64,000 nucleotides of DNA from Sphaeroforma arctica JP610 (GCF_001186125.1 NW_014040545.1:151700-215699); one strand, 5' to 3'; counted from the stretch's first letter, positions 1-27,815 are shown. Notes: a model not told the origin generated them from the letters alone. Translations and numbers: made by a program.

Positions 1-5
1 TATAT

Positions 6-43
<38 letters not shown>

Positions 44-139
44 AATATATAACATATATATATATTTATATTTATATGTCTATGTATCTGGGTATGCTTT
101 CTTCACCCGATTGTCACTCATCGTTGGTATGCCCACAGG

Positions 140-3100
140 TAGATGTTGTGGATACTCTGCTATCTGCACTGGTATGTGAGGAGGATCGGCATGCCATCGA
201 CATCAACGGGTTTGATTTGTACAGGCACAAAGTCACGAACACGATGTTAGCTGGCAAGCAGTTGATCGTTACTTTCAAAGTGCCTTCCTTGCTTGAAAGA
301 CGTCCAGAAGTATGTCGCATTCAATCTTACCGTATCGTTTGCCGTGTAATCGAGCCCAGTATGCAACGCATGACAGAGCTTCTCATACCAACCTATCGAG
401 CTGCCGATATACCTCGCATGATGCAATACGCGTAAATATTTATGTACCCGCGGGGTGCACTGTGTTTGGTTATCCTATTTTTCGTACTCCTAACAGTGCG
501 AGATCTGATTCGATGTATAGACTTGGGCCGTGTTCTGCCATTCGGCGTGGAGCTCAGAGTTCAGAGCGATAGCGGGCCACACTCGCGGCATCGGCCACTC
601 GCTTTTGTTTGTTTGGTTGTTTGTTTGGTTGTTTTTTCGAAAGGTTGTTCTGGTGCGGTACTGTGCAACCTGACTGCTTGGACTGAACTGAAAAACACTC
701 GTCTAATGCGCATGCCCCCAATTCGGTACAGATATTGTTCGGCCACACTGTCCGCATACGAGAGGAGCTCAGCATGCACAAAAAAGAGCTCTTAGCGACA
801 GTCTTCAAGGTGTGACAGGATGACGTGTGCTATCTTGCCGTGTATAGTAGTATAATAGTAAACCCCGATGTCGAGTAATCAGCTTTTTTATTTTATGAAA
901 TGTTGAGTTCGGTTCAAGGATAGTTGCACTGTCGACAATTAAAAGTGATTTATTCCGATTGGGAGGCGGAAGTTTAGAGCATATTCAGTAACTCGCGTCG
1001 GAACGGTGATCGGAATTGCTACTCAAGCAGAGCACATGCATTAGGCATACATCGCCCTGACCGTTTCGCACTGTACGTCGTTTTTACACGACGATATGTC
1101 CAAAGATTTTGTCCGTGCGTGGATGTCACGGGAGTATTGTGGCTGTGTTGGGTCGGTTCTATTCGCAGTTTATTCACATGACATCTCCGCTTATTGTTGG
1201 TGTGGGCAGGTGACGCGTGATCTCATACAGGTGCTTGTATTCAAGAAACACCACAAGATGTTTCAAAAAAAGTGTCGCCTATTCTTACGCTTTATGGTAG
1301 ATCATCAGCCGTTCAAGGTGATGGCCTTCACTCTCCAGTGTGTGCGTGCCAAAGGGCTATGGCTGGAAGAGGGTATGCTCACAAGCCTCTCTTTACGTAT
1401 ATTTCTATCCTGTGAGAACGTCCGCAACCATTCACAAATGAACGAAATAGGGTTATACGTGAACAGGGGCAATCATAGGCGTTGCTTGCTCGCTGCTTGA
1501 GCGGTAGTCATGCACAGTTCTTAGTCCTGTTTATCATTAAGTCTACGGATATGCTAGTGTCGCTATCCTCATATTGTCACAAGACAATCATTCGCATATT
1601 CTGGTGGTCCTCTGTTAGACGATTCTGGGATGGCCAACCGATTCTGCTCACTAAACGTCAGCGTACAATCCTGCGGAGTTCTTCTGTGTTTCATGCGCGT
1701 ATTTCCAAGTTCAACCATTCGTTCCTTTATACGACGCATGTTCAATAGGAGAAAACAGGCACAAATGCGAATACATCCGACAAGAGTCCCTCCAAAGACT
1801 CTCGGATCACTCATCGAGTGCGATCGAAAGCAGAGCTGAGTGTGTTGAGGGGTTGAACACAGAGCAACGGGAAGCGGCCACCGGAATTGCTGACTGCTGT
1901 GAGGGGGATGTGTACCTGGTGCATGGTCCACCCGGGTAGGTATACAGGTGTACAAGTTTTATGACATCTCTATCCTAAGCATCTCAATCCGCAATGATAC
2001 AAACCACGAGTGTCGATGTTTACACGCGTAGCACACACACGCAAGCAGTTGAGACATTACATAGGTACCTGTACATGTATGTAGAGTGTCGACTTGAAGT
2101 GGCGACAAACAATATTGGGATTGTGTGGATGGTTGTGCGCTACATATTGAACAAGGGGGATTGGGTGTTTGTAAAAGACGCTGTGTGTGCGCCAGATGGC
2201 GCTTTTGGGATGTAGTATTGCTTCGCTCTTTAGAAAGTCCTTTTAAGATCGATGTACTCGGACGGAATGAGTGAGCTGGACATGGCGGTTTGTGTTTATG
2301 TGCCACTCTTTTTGTAAGCGAATAAAAGTATCATATTCACAGCACGCCACAACGTAGCGAACGGGAATATGTACGATCCAGTAGGCGTTTGTTAAAGCAG
2401 ATAGTTTGAGCATGTGAACCTCACACGTGTGTGCGCCCTTGCTTGAGTGTTTTTAAGGTGCATGTGGCCGCTACTGTGAGCCTGCATATGCAGTGTGAGA
2501 GCACCAAGCCTCAATCAGACACGATTCACGTTCATGCCTTTCTGACTGTCACCACTTACTGCTAGTTGCCACAGGCGACCACTTTACAGGCTATTAAGAA
2601 CTGTCGTGAGTGATCTGCGACACGGATTGTCTCGTCTCCTTAAGCTCGCTTGCAACGCCGCACCTAAAAAAAAATCTATGTTCCGCATCTGTTGTGTTCT
2701 CATTCCTATTTGATCCTCTACCTGCAGCACTGGGAAGACCACGGCCGTCATATCCGCCACACGTCTGGTGATTAGTTCGGGTCAGAAAGTACTGCTGTGT
2801 GCGCCATCGCATGCTGCCGCCGATGTGCTCGTGCAACGGCTGGCTGAATGTGTGCCAAACCCTCGTGAAACCATTCTGCGCTTGTATCCGTACCAGGTGT
2901 GCTATTATAGATATTGTGCATACGCCCGGCGGGTGCATGACCGTGGCCATTGTGTTTGTTTGGAGTGTGTGCATATGCTAGGAGTTTCCAGAATCTTTGT
3001 TGTTGAGTGGATACCTGTTTTGGCCCCGTCTGTGGTAGATTTGTGAATGTGTCAGGTGTAGAGACGATTCATGCTAGGCATATCTTTTGACCGTCGCTGA

Positions 3101-6100
3101 TTAACCTATTTTTCTGCAGAGAGACTACTCGAATGTACCGATGGATGTGAAGCCTTATGCCCACTTCGATGCCGTGGCAGGTATGAGTCAAGCCTGTCGG
3201 ACCCTTTTTGTGTCATGAAGGTCGTTGGTAGTTGTCTGTTTGGGGTTTGAGCACGTGCACGTTTGACCCAGTTGCTTGTTAAAAGGTATGAACACTCTAA
3301 ATTGGTAGTCTGAAAAAGTATGTAGTTTGCGACGCAAGGCTATATGTACTTCACTACATTGATATATACTCTTAGTTGACTTGTCTCTTGACAAATAAAG
3401 GGTTGATTCTTGCTACATCTATGTACGGTATTGCTTTATATATACCACTTTGAATATGTCTTTTTAATCAATCACTTTCGAGAAAGTATTTCTCCTACCT
3501 TAGAATGGGCGATGTATGTCTTGACATACTCCGAGATCCTTATATTGCGCCTGAGGCTATCTCACTCCCATGTCCCACATACAGGCGTGTATGTACCTTG
3601 ACGTCCAGGTCTTCCCTAGATACAAGGCCGTCTATATGCTATACCCAACAAAGGGCTGATATATTTTTCTCACCTTACGGGACCCCTATTTGCTTGTAAT
3701 CCATAAGCGGTCTCCTCAGAATTATTCCATATCCGTTTACGTATTCCAATACTATATCGATGTTAATCCTTATGTGTATATATGCATCTAGTATCTAAGG
3801 CGTTCGTGCTGTTGCATACATCACCACCTACGCTCCACTTTACAATCTCTTATGTTTGTCTTTCCTGGACCATGTCTTCTTGATGCGGTAGCGTGCCTAT
3901 CTACTTCGCAATATTTTAATAGTAGCTTTTACTCACGCATTACAACCAATCTATATACACTCGCATACAGCATGATATCTGTACAGCTCTCGCCTAACCT
4001 ACACAGCGTCTGCAGCTATCTGCACCTCATCTCACAGGACCGACCCTATCATTCCCATATGGAAACCTAACTTAAAAAGAAACCAAAAATCCATCTACAG
4101 GAATGTTCGTGTGCCCACCCCCTGAGGTACTGATGGCGCGGTCGATCATCGTGTGCACGTGTTTGTCAGCGGCCATTCTAGCTGATGTTCCTTCGCTCCG
4201 AGGCACGCTGTCGCATATAATTGTATGCTCCACTGACATGTCTTGGTGTTTGTGATGACCTTTTTATTCTTTTTGTTGTTGCATACCGTGAACGTTTGTA
4301 TGGCTCGGGTCGGTTCTCAGTGGACGCCTTGTGTTTGTTCGTTCTCGATTTGGGCATATGTAGTAGGGTTCTTATGGTTTAGGGTTCTACTTCCGATTCT
4401 TCGTTCTCGATTTGTGCGGTTGTTATATGGGTATGAGCCCCGTCTCAGCGTAGTCCATGTATTGTATTAGTAGGCGGAAGAGCGAGAGTCTTGTTGACTG
4501 TCATTGGATGTTTCTGGTAATCTTTCAGAGTTGGATGCATGTCGTGTCCTGATATGCCAATTCGTATCAGATGTGAAGTGTCAAAATTGTATACGTCATG
4601 CGATAACTGACACCACAAGGTTACCTACCGGGCCTTACCCTGTTCACAGATTGATGAAGCGGCGCAAGCGACGGAACCAGAAGTGCTGGTGCCCATCTCG
4701 GCTGTCGGGGCCAAGACCACACGGGTGGCTTTGATTGGAGATCACAAGCAGGTGTGTTATTGCGACTCTAGAGAAGTCTCTAAGCAAATGTGGTTGTTTT
4801 ACATAACATTGCTCAGTTTAAAGCAGATTGGTCAGCTTGGCTGGGTATTTATTTCCGTGTGTCAGTAGATGCAAATCAAAGATCAGACGACTTAGTTGCA
4901 TAGCAGGGGGTGTTTTGGTATATGAAGATAGCCGGTGTAGTATTGAAGTTTGACCTTCTTCGATTTCGCAATCAAATGGGCTTGTCATACAGGCGTATAG
5001 AGAGGATAAAGTAGCTCGAGTGTACACCTATCTACCCATCCCCACTGTCGTATTCCAATTCCAATCAAATCGACTAGTCACGTAATTGGGTCTGATACGA
5101 GACCCAACGGACGCCATTTCCCTTCACTTACCCTACCACCGATTCGTCTCGACTCGCCACTTGACAGCTGGGGCCTGTAGTGCGCAGTGCAGATGCACGA
5201 CGAATGGGACTACATGTATCGCCCCTGGAACGGCTATGTAAGCTGCATGCGGACGGTGACGCGTCGTCGTTGAATAGGTAGGTAAATCCTGAAGATGTTG
5301 AGTACTATCGTGCCTGTACTCATTCTGTCATCGGCATGTGAACACTAGTAGGTCTGGAGATATCGTGCACAAGGATAGTTAGCGGCTTTCTTCTGCGGGA
5401 GAGAAGCCATTGGATTCAGATGTAGAACTGTTGTGCACATGCACATACACGCATTTATAAAGTCACACATGCTCTGGGGAAACTGACCTTCACTTCTTGA
5501 CACATATTTTGCCGAGGGCCTATAGGACTGCTATTGCGGTTAAGGTGCTGATAGTCGCGAGTGTCCACGTGCATGGCTAAATCAGCCTTGCCTGCCGCAT
5601 TGTATCTCTCCGTAGTGACACGCAATTGTCTGGCTGTTTTGCATTCACATTCAGTGGCTTTTGTGATGTGAAATCCAAAGTCTTACCGTGTGTGCATCCG
5701 TATAATCAGAGCTTGCTGATATTTTGCGCATTAAAACGGTTTGTTACGAAACCATTACTCTTTTGTTACTGTAAACACTGACGTGTGATAGAGGTTTCCC
5801 TTGCTGCACTTTCTTGGGCGTCTGTCCAATTACGAAGGTTCTGACCAGGGACACTCTTTATTTATTCTGCTACAGGCGGATTCTTCTCACTCAACTGACT
5901 AAAAACTATCGGTCCCACGAGACACTGCTTGAGTTGCCGTCAAAGGTGGTTGTACACTATACATGCTCGATTGTACGCGCGATAGAATGGTCGGATACGT
6001 TGCTCGAACTGTGATGTGCTCCTGCTGTGTAGTGTGTAGGGATGTCTGCCGTAGGCGGTCGAGCGATGAGTGAACATAAAGATGTGATGTGATATAGTCG

Positions 6101-9100
6101 ACAAGTTTTTGGCTTCCTTCCGTGCCGCCACACTTGTTTTGCACGTTGTTTATGTGTACCTTCGTTGCACGCAGTCGGTGTGTGATCTGTTGAATGCCGT
6201 TGGGTTAGTGCACGGCGTTTGCACGGGCTGGCGACGCATGTGTCGCAGGAGTTGTGTAGTGTGCCATACTTAGGGCTGCCTATCGAAACACACCTCGTAT
6301 GCTGTTATCTACTGTACATCGCACGAGTGCGTAATCCTCGCCGTTGTGTATGTCAGATGTGCTCGCACGGTGACCACTTGTCCGCACGCCATGCACGCAC
6401 GACAGCGATCGATGTCTCATTGTATCGGTCGTAAAAGTCGTATACATCCATATATACATACATACATATATATTGTATTTGTGGAAGTGTGGATGTGTGG
6501 ATTCTCATTGTCCTGCAAAAAAGAGAGCGAAACTCTTCAACACCACGTAAAGAAACCCTTTCTCTTCAATCCCCGCACGTCCTGCGCTTGTCGCCGCATT
6601 ACAATGACAGCTCTTCTACAATAACTCGCTCGAGGCGTGCTCTGAAAACGCCACAGATCAATCCCTGTTGGCGTGGGAGGAACTTCCTACGAAGGCACCG
6701 CTGCTCTTCTACGGAGTGGCTGGGCATTACCATCAGGACGGAGACAGCCGGTCGTACTTCAACGACACGGAGGCTAGTCTGGTGTCAAGTACGTTTGCAT
6801 ATCTATGTGTATGTGTATGCTTGTTTTCAATGGTCTTGATAGGGGTGTGTGCGTGTGTATTTGTGTTGGCCCTAGTGCCTCTGCCCGGGGTTATTTTTTG
6901 AACACGCGTGTGTGTGTTCATAGGTGTTTTCTACTACCGAGACCGCGACAGTCAGACGTACATTCATGAGTTCAACAGCTGTCCGGCATAAAGTGCGCGT
7001 GTGTAGTGTTCGATACTACGTTATGTCAATCGAGCTATCATCAACAACAACAATGCTGGTATCCAGCACATCCGTGTGTAGCTTTGTGCGTATGTAGGCC
7101 ATATAGTCACAGTGTGTGTGGCTGTCCCTTTGGATATGGATGTGTCTGTGTAGGAGAACAGTTGTCGACGCTGCGTGAAAGTGTCAGTGGAGAGATTTGT
7201 GTGGCTAAAACACTTTCTGCCCTTGAATGTTGTGCTGGTTCTGTCCAGAGGTTCGCGAATGTACATATATATCGACACCTAGATGGTATGAAACAAAATT
7301 CGCGTAGAAGGTTTGCGCACGTTCTTGCTATATATCCCGCTGTTTCATAAGTGGCCCATAGTCCTATTCGCATAGTAAGATGGGTTTCCCCACCAAGTCT
7401 CTTCGCTTACTTACAAGTCCGAGCTTATGCCATGGTTCGACGTGATTTGATCTTGTCGTGCCGTGTGGTACTCATACTCATAGATTTGTGAACCGCCACA
7501 CGTGTGCACCCATAATGATTATGATCTTACCTTTTTGAGGTGCCTGCCAATACATGCCTTCCACCACTTCAGAAGTCGTGAAAAGACTGTACAATATATT
7601 TCGGAAGCTGCGTATGACAGTCATTTTTCTTGTTTACAGTACGTGTATATTAAAGGGCCTATGCGAGAGTCGTTTCATATCACGGGAAACTATGGGAAGA
7701 GTTACGAACAATTCGGGAGCATACATACTGCCCGCCTCACAAAAGCAACAGCCACGACTAGTCATTCGTACGATGTTGCACACATTGTAACATATCAGAT
7801 CTTGTCTCCTCAGATACCAACTCACAAAATCGTCTCATACATACGCGCACGCACCCAAACGTACACATTCCGTTGCATAGATGAATCATACAGAAGTATC
7901 CACGATGTGCAACACGCTCTAAAACTGCTTTGTCTGGTGGCGTACTTATGACTGGTTACCCTGTTCCTACAAACTGCACCTCATCACAGCCATTGTTCAG
8001 AAGCTGCTGCAGTATAAACCCGGCAGTGTGTCTACGAACGATATTGGCATCATCGCACCATTTCGAAAGCAGGTGTGTGAGAAGAAGGATGAAATAGTTA
8101 AAGATCTACCAACTATCACTTTGACTGTTAGGAAGGTCACTATAGCTACTCTATCTATTCCTATGGGTAGCACACATGCGTGGTTTCTTGTGGACAAAGA
8201 GTGCCTTAAGATTCATGTCGTCATATGGTTCCTACCTTGTTAGAGATCCACGACGATTGCGACTCTTTACAACTATATATTCCTTGTTGGAGCTTTGTCT
8301 TCCCCAGTGACAAACATGGACCGATGCTCCGTGGAACTCTCAAGCTTCGCTGACATTGTTTGGTAGTTGTTAAATATGGATAGTTGGCTGTAAATGGTAT
8401 GGTTCTTTTGCCTCTACTAAGCATACAATGCATCATGCCTTCTCCCTTGGCCTGCTATAACGCTGCACAGGTGTACAACATCAGAACACTGTTGCGTGCG
8501 CATGGTCTGGGTGCCATCCGTGTGGGGACTGTACAAGATTACCAAGGTAGATGCTTAATTGACGCCTGATCAATATATATATACATATATACATATATAT
8601 ATATATATNNNNNNNNNNNNNNNNNNNNATATATATATATATATCGTACGGATTGGCACTTTCCGGTAGAATGTCAAATATAGTCCATCAGTGCCTTCAT
8701 CTCGACTACTGGCTGTTGTTTGGCGCGTGTTCGCTGCACCTATTTTGTATATGCGTCGACGATCTGTATGCGCCTATGACATTCGTACGATTGTATGTAA
8801 CCGTCGCATCCTTTCTTTCGGCGAGCTTTTACACGACCATTGCTTTGCAGCGTCTATGGTCGGGTCTATGTTGGCCGTCCTCTGGTATTTGAGTATGCTG
8901 TCTTCACGGAAACTTCATATTTCGAGACAAGCAAAACGATGCGTTCGATGTCTAAGGCGAATCGCTGGGCAGTTTCATTCGAAATCACTAGTGTGTATGC
9001 CAGCAGTGGTGATAGATACCTGATGGTCGTGTGAGGACTGAAGTCTACTTGTTTGACGTCTGACCCTGGACCCTAAAACCCTGAGGCCCCATTTACGCTC

Positions 9101-10888
9101 TGACGTTGCTGCGTTTTTTTATCGCCCTCGCGTGCTGAGGGGATCATATCGGTTGCCATGGTTACGTCTACGTTACTTTGCCCTGAGGGCTCCATTCCAT
9201 CACGTTTCACGAGTTCGGCTTGTTGTGGTCCATGCTCACCATGTTATACATTTGACATGACAGGCCAGGAAGAGAAAATCATCTTCATCAGCACGGTGAT
9301 TGGCAGAAACGTGAGAACAAAATCGCAAATCCTGAAGGGGTTTGGCTCAGGGCTTACGGGTAATGCCAGGCGTTTCAATGTCGCCATCACACGCGCCAAG
9401 AGTCTACTAGTGGTATGTGGTACAGTCATGAACCTAATCACCACTTACACTGGTACGGTCTGTTGGTGCCAGGTCGCGCTTGTATAGGTCTATGTGATGA
9501 CGATTTTGCGTTGGGATTGATATGCGATGGGTGACTGTGCAATCCGCAAAAGGCTACAAGCACCACATAGGGACATTGTTGGGGACGCGCATTGATGTCA
9601 TACTACAAGTGTCCTCTTTGCATGTCTGGATGATACGGCACATGTGTATGTGTATGCGTATGTGTATTAGTGCATTGACAAAGGCGAGGGTTATGTGCAA
9701 GAAGCAAGTAGGCATATGCAGCGTGTATCTTGAGAAATGGTGTAACCACGCGTGTAGCACATGCGATTGAATTATTTTTCTGCGCAATACTAACTTTGTA
9801 CCGAACATGCACTCTGTGTAGGTGGTCGGCGATCCTTTACCTCTGGTGGGCGATCCATATTGGATGAAATTCATATCCCATTGCATACAGAACAAGACAT
9901 ACAAGGTAACCAAAAGTTTGTTGGTGGTTTAAACCTGCACTTTAGACTATGAAGGTCAAGTAGCGTCGCATTCCGGCTCTCTGTAGAGGGTTCCGTCATG
10001 CACTACATGCTTTTGACATGCGCAGTCACCTTGACAATTGGACATTGACTAACAGAATACAAAAAAAAAATTGAAACTATGGTGCCGTCTACCAAATTCT
10101 TTTAAGCACAATAATCGATTTCCCGTTCATGACATGCTCGAATTGACCTATTTACGCATTTCTGATTGACATTCTGTTGCTCTCGATAATCTCTGGTCAG
10201 GGCTGTCCATGCCCTGTCATTCCGGGTGTTGAAACCAGCACAACGCACGAGCCGGCGAACGTAGACGCACTGGTATGAGTGTCTTTTTGTGGGCGTGTAA
10301 TTATTAAATCAATGGTATCTTTGATAAGCCATAAACTCACCTAGTTCTTTGAGCAACCCTCGCATGTATCGATACCAGTGTAATCTGCAAATCTACGTAA
10401 AGTCGCACTCTCCTGTATATAGTCCACAGATAAGAGGACTTCAAGCTCTCACTTAACACGCAGACACATACAATGCATGCCTAGTACCATACACTTTCAA
10501 TGCATGCCTAGTACCATACACTTTCAATGCATGCCTAGTACCATACACATTCAATGCATGCCTAGTACCATACACATTCAATGTATGCCTAGTATCATAC
10601 TCATTCAATGCATGCCTAGTACCATACACATTCAATGCATGCCTAGTACCATACACATTCAATGCATGCTTAGAACCATACACATTCAATGTATGCCTAG
10701 TACCATGCACACAGGTGTTGTGCATAACACGAACTCACTACCATGTTCACCGCCACCATACACAAATACAGATCGAACGTATGGGCGCGCTCATGCTGGG
10801 CCCTGGGGATGAATCGTTGATGTTCCCAGACCCAGAGGACTTAGCGTCCTTCTACCGAGACGAGCAGGAATTCCGCTGTTTAGTATAA
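140..10888 (+). CDS. MOV10: MOV10/SDE3/Armitage-like UPF1-family (SF1B) RNA helicase, multi-exon, 5' end outside window
   Basis: GT-AG exons at about 140-309, 732-809, 1210-1372, 1749-1935, 2729-2895, 3120-3180, 4101-4222, 4650-4751, 5168-5278, 5876-5945, 6611-6788, 7990-8072, 8471-8546, 9263-9412, 9822-9906, 10201-10272, 10772-10888. Spliced motifs: VPSLLERRPE (MOV10 pre-helicase), LNTEQ..VHGPPG|TGKT (Q motif and Walker A), LLCAPSHAAAD (Ia), IDEAAQATEPE (II), GDHKQ|LGPVV (III), LTKNYRSH, IGIIAPFRKQV, VGTVQDYQGQE (V), RRFNVAITRAK (VI), VVGDP. Stop TAA 10886-10888. Confidence 0.88.
10471..10710. repeat. 27-bp minisatellite (CAATGCATGCCTAGTACCATACACATT, about 9 copies) in the last helicase intron
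   Basis: Directly visible tandem array; it produces the repetitive spurious ORFs 10453-10725 and 10477-10812. Confidence 0.95.
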
Positions 10889-11063
10889 GTGCTTGGGTGT
10901 GGCGATTGCCGCGCCGTGCCTTCTCCTATGCACACCTATACTGTGCACAAACTATGTTAATGGGGGCGAATTCTTCTCCAATATGCCCTAGTATCTCGGC
11001 TTAAGATGATACGCTAATCAGTAAACCTTCGACTCGAAAGAGTTCTCCAAAGAGCGCATAATC

Positions 11064-12313
11064 TCATACTCCTATATCCTCGTTCCACAGCTCAGGCCGA
11101 TCCTTTATAAACTGTTCCATCATCTTAACACACTCCTCCGATTGCACCACTTGCACACACTCCCCTCTCGAGCGCAAGCAGCTCTCTGGGCCTTGGAAAG
11201 TTCGGCTCTCGCCCACCACTACGCGGGGAATCTTGTACAGTTGTATGCCCCAGTACACATGTCACACGGCGAAAGTGTGCTGTATAGTGAGGCTCGTTGG
11301 TAGTCCGCGGCTTTCAGTCTGCCCGCATTCTCGAGACAGTCCATCTCCGCATGCAGGGTGGCACTCGATTGCTGCACTCTACCAGAGCGTAACCAATACG
11401 TATACGGCCAGTTCAGGCTTAGATGTAGTAGCGGTAAATAGCTGGTTGATCACTGATTCCGACGTGAACAGCAGAAACTGACCAAGACAAAGAAAATGGG
11501 CCAATTGAAGTTTTGGGTTCGACTTAATCCACTTAGCAAGGACATACTAGTCTATAAATTCGCTTGCTTCATTCACATATATCTTTGTGTCTACGTGAAT
11601 GCAGTCAGGGTGTCACTAGTCAGTGAAGCTTGACATTTGTTTTAGGGGTACGCTAGAACAAGCATTGGGGTACTGATGAGTTCTATCAGTATTTGACAGG
11701 TGAAATCTCATCCACGCCTAAATTAGATGAGCTCAGAAGAAGATACACTAAACATGTGACCTTTTCTCGCGTGTACATATGTAAAACTCATGTCTGTTTC
11801 TGAGTCTTATCTGTGTATTGTATATATGCATACAGATATAGACTTAAAATATACTTTTAAATATTGAATGTTGTGATTCTACTACGCATATGTAGATAAC
11901 AATGATTCGACAAAAATGTTTCAAATTTCCGCAGCAGAATTATCCCGAACGATTGTGTATGTGTAAAGAACAATAGATCATATTGCATTCTAGCCCAGAT
12001 TACCTTAATTATATTTCACTTGTTCCGAATGCAGAGTACTTTCTTTCGACTTCAATACTTAGCACCGCAGTGGTATTTAAATCCGAGCTACGGCAACACA
12101 ATTCAACACCAATTACTCGTAAACAACCCATTATTCAGTTCTATGGATAGTGTTGAATACAGGTAAATACTGCGACCATTTACAACAGTCAAGGCCGTAT
12201 AAGCTATAGATATGCATGCATCTTTATAAGCATATACGTATATAATTGACGCATATTTATACACAGTTATATACATACAAATGTACGACTATATGCTTAA
12301 ACATCCACAAACA

Positions 12314-12382
<69 letters not shown>

Positions 12383-12569
12383 GTAAATATAACACATATA
12401 CGGATATATGGCATATATATACACGCAAACACACACATATATATATATTTATATATATTATAAATATCTACATATATGCATATATATATATACACACACA
12501 CGTATATATATATCTATACACACACACACACACATNNNNNNNNNNNNNNNNNNNNCTATATATATTACT

Positions 12570-12605
<36 letters not shown>

Positions 12606-12895
12606 TACTGTATATTTATTTATGTATATACAAGATTGTATGCCTGTAAATCCACATATATACACACACATCCGATATATATATATATATATAGTACTGT
12701 ATATTTATTTAAGAAAGTATATAATTGTATGCCTATAAATCCACATATATGCACACACATCCGACCACGATACCGTTTATTATGACCTCTGGCAACTATT
12801 TTGTCGTCTATCACCAGCACAGAGCCGATGAGTATTCCCTCTGCCTTGAGACCTATCTGCGCCTCCGCAAAAGCGGCTTGCAAGAAATGGTTCAT
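11064..12895 (-). pseudogene. FCY1: FCY1-type zinc-dependent cytosine deaminase, 2 exons, 1-bp frameshift (pseudogene or assembly error)
   Basis: Exon 1 12895-12774 MNHFLQAAFAEAQIGLKAEGILIGSVLVIDDKIVARGHNK, GT-AG intron, exon 2 11378-11064 RVQQSSATLHAEMDCLENAGRL..LYSTLSPCDMCTGA/IQLYKIPRVVVGE..WNEDIGV*. HxE and PCxxC zinc motifs are present. Spliced length is 437 nt (not a multiple of 3), with the frame break near 11246. Confidence 0.85.
12600..12765. repeat. Imperfect ~90-bp tandem duplication beside a TA/CA microsatellite in the deaminase intron
   Basis: TACTGTATATTTATTTA...TTGTATGCCT(G/A)TAAATCCACATATAT..CACACATCCGA occurs twice. Confidence 0.7.
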
Positions 12896-13518
12896 ACTTA
12901 TAAAGGCTTTAAGACTGTACTTATCAGCCAACTTTCTGCACAGATTGTACATATTGTTGTCTTTTTGTTTTATGTAAAACAATTGTAAAAAGTGTACGTA
13001 TTAAAATAAAACTGCCATATTTGGCCATAATATTTTGGCGGGGGAAATTGATGACAATCGATCGTGTCTCTCAACTCTCAAGAGACCTAAGACGGTCTCT
13101 CTAGTAGTTGTATACACGTAAACGTGTTTAATTTTCAGAAGGCTATGGTAAACGGGCACGTCACAACACTAGAATAGCACTTGCCACTGAAACAAACTTA
13201 ACTGTTTGGCGCTGGCTATGTAAGCAGTGTATAGGCACTCAAACAGTAATGCATCTGAGCTCTGGCTATACAGAGAATTAGTACCTTTTATAGCTGCTAT
13301 TTAGCTAGGTCACTACGTTCGCTTGCTGGTTGTTTGCTTGCTTGCTCGATGGTTGTATGGCTGCTCCTCTGAGTAGCATAGATCAACATCTCAGTGAATA
13401 AGCCAGTTTGTTAGATCGTACATTCGTTTACAGTATACATGCATTGCATATATGTCTATCTATATCTGTATATAGAGGTGCATGTTTCTCTATCAAATTA
13501 AAGTATTCAGTGGGCACT

Positions 13519-27801
<14,283 letters not shown>

Positions 27802-27815
27802 ACAGCTAATAACTA

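Noticed and set aside
442..795. ORF 442-795 as an independent membrane protein
   Set aside because: Mostly helicase intron; the real exon (732-809, ILFGHTVRIR) is in a different frame.
10453..10812. Repetitive ORFs or a CRISPR-like array
   Set aside because: Head-to-tail 27-bp units with no unique spacers, inside an intron; an ordinary minisatellite.
11240..11255. Programmed ribosomal frameshift in the deaminase
   Set aside because: No slippery heptamer or stimulatory structure, and other conserved residues are also eroded.
140..12895. MOV10 next to a deaminase as an APOBEC-like antiviral module
   Set aside because: The deaminase is the FCY1 free-base salvage type and is frameshifted; adjacency alone implies no shared function in a eukaryote.
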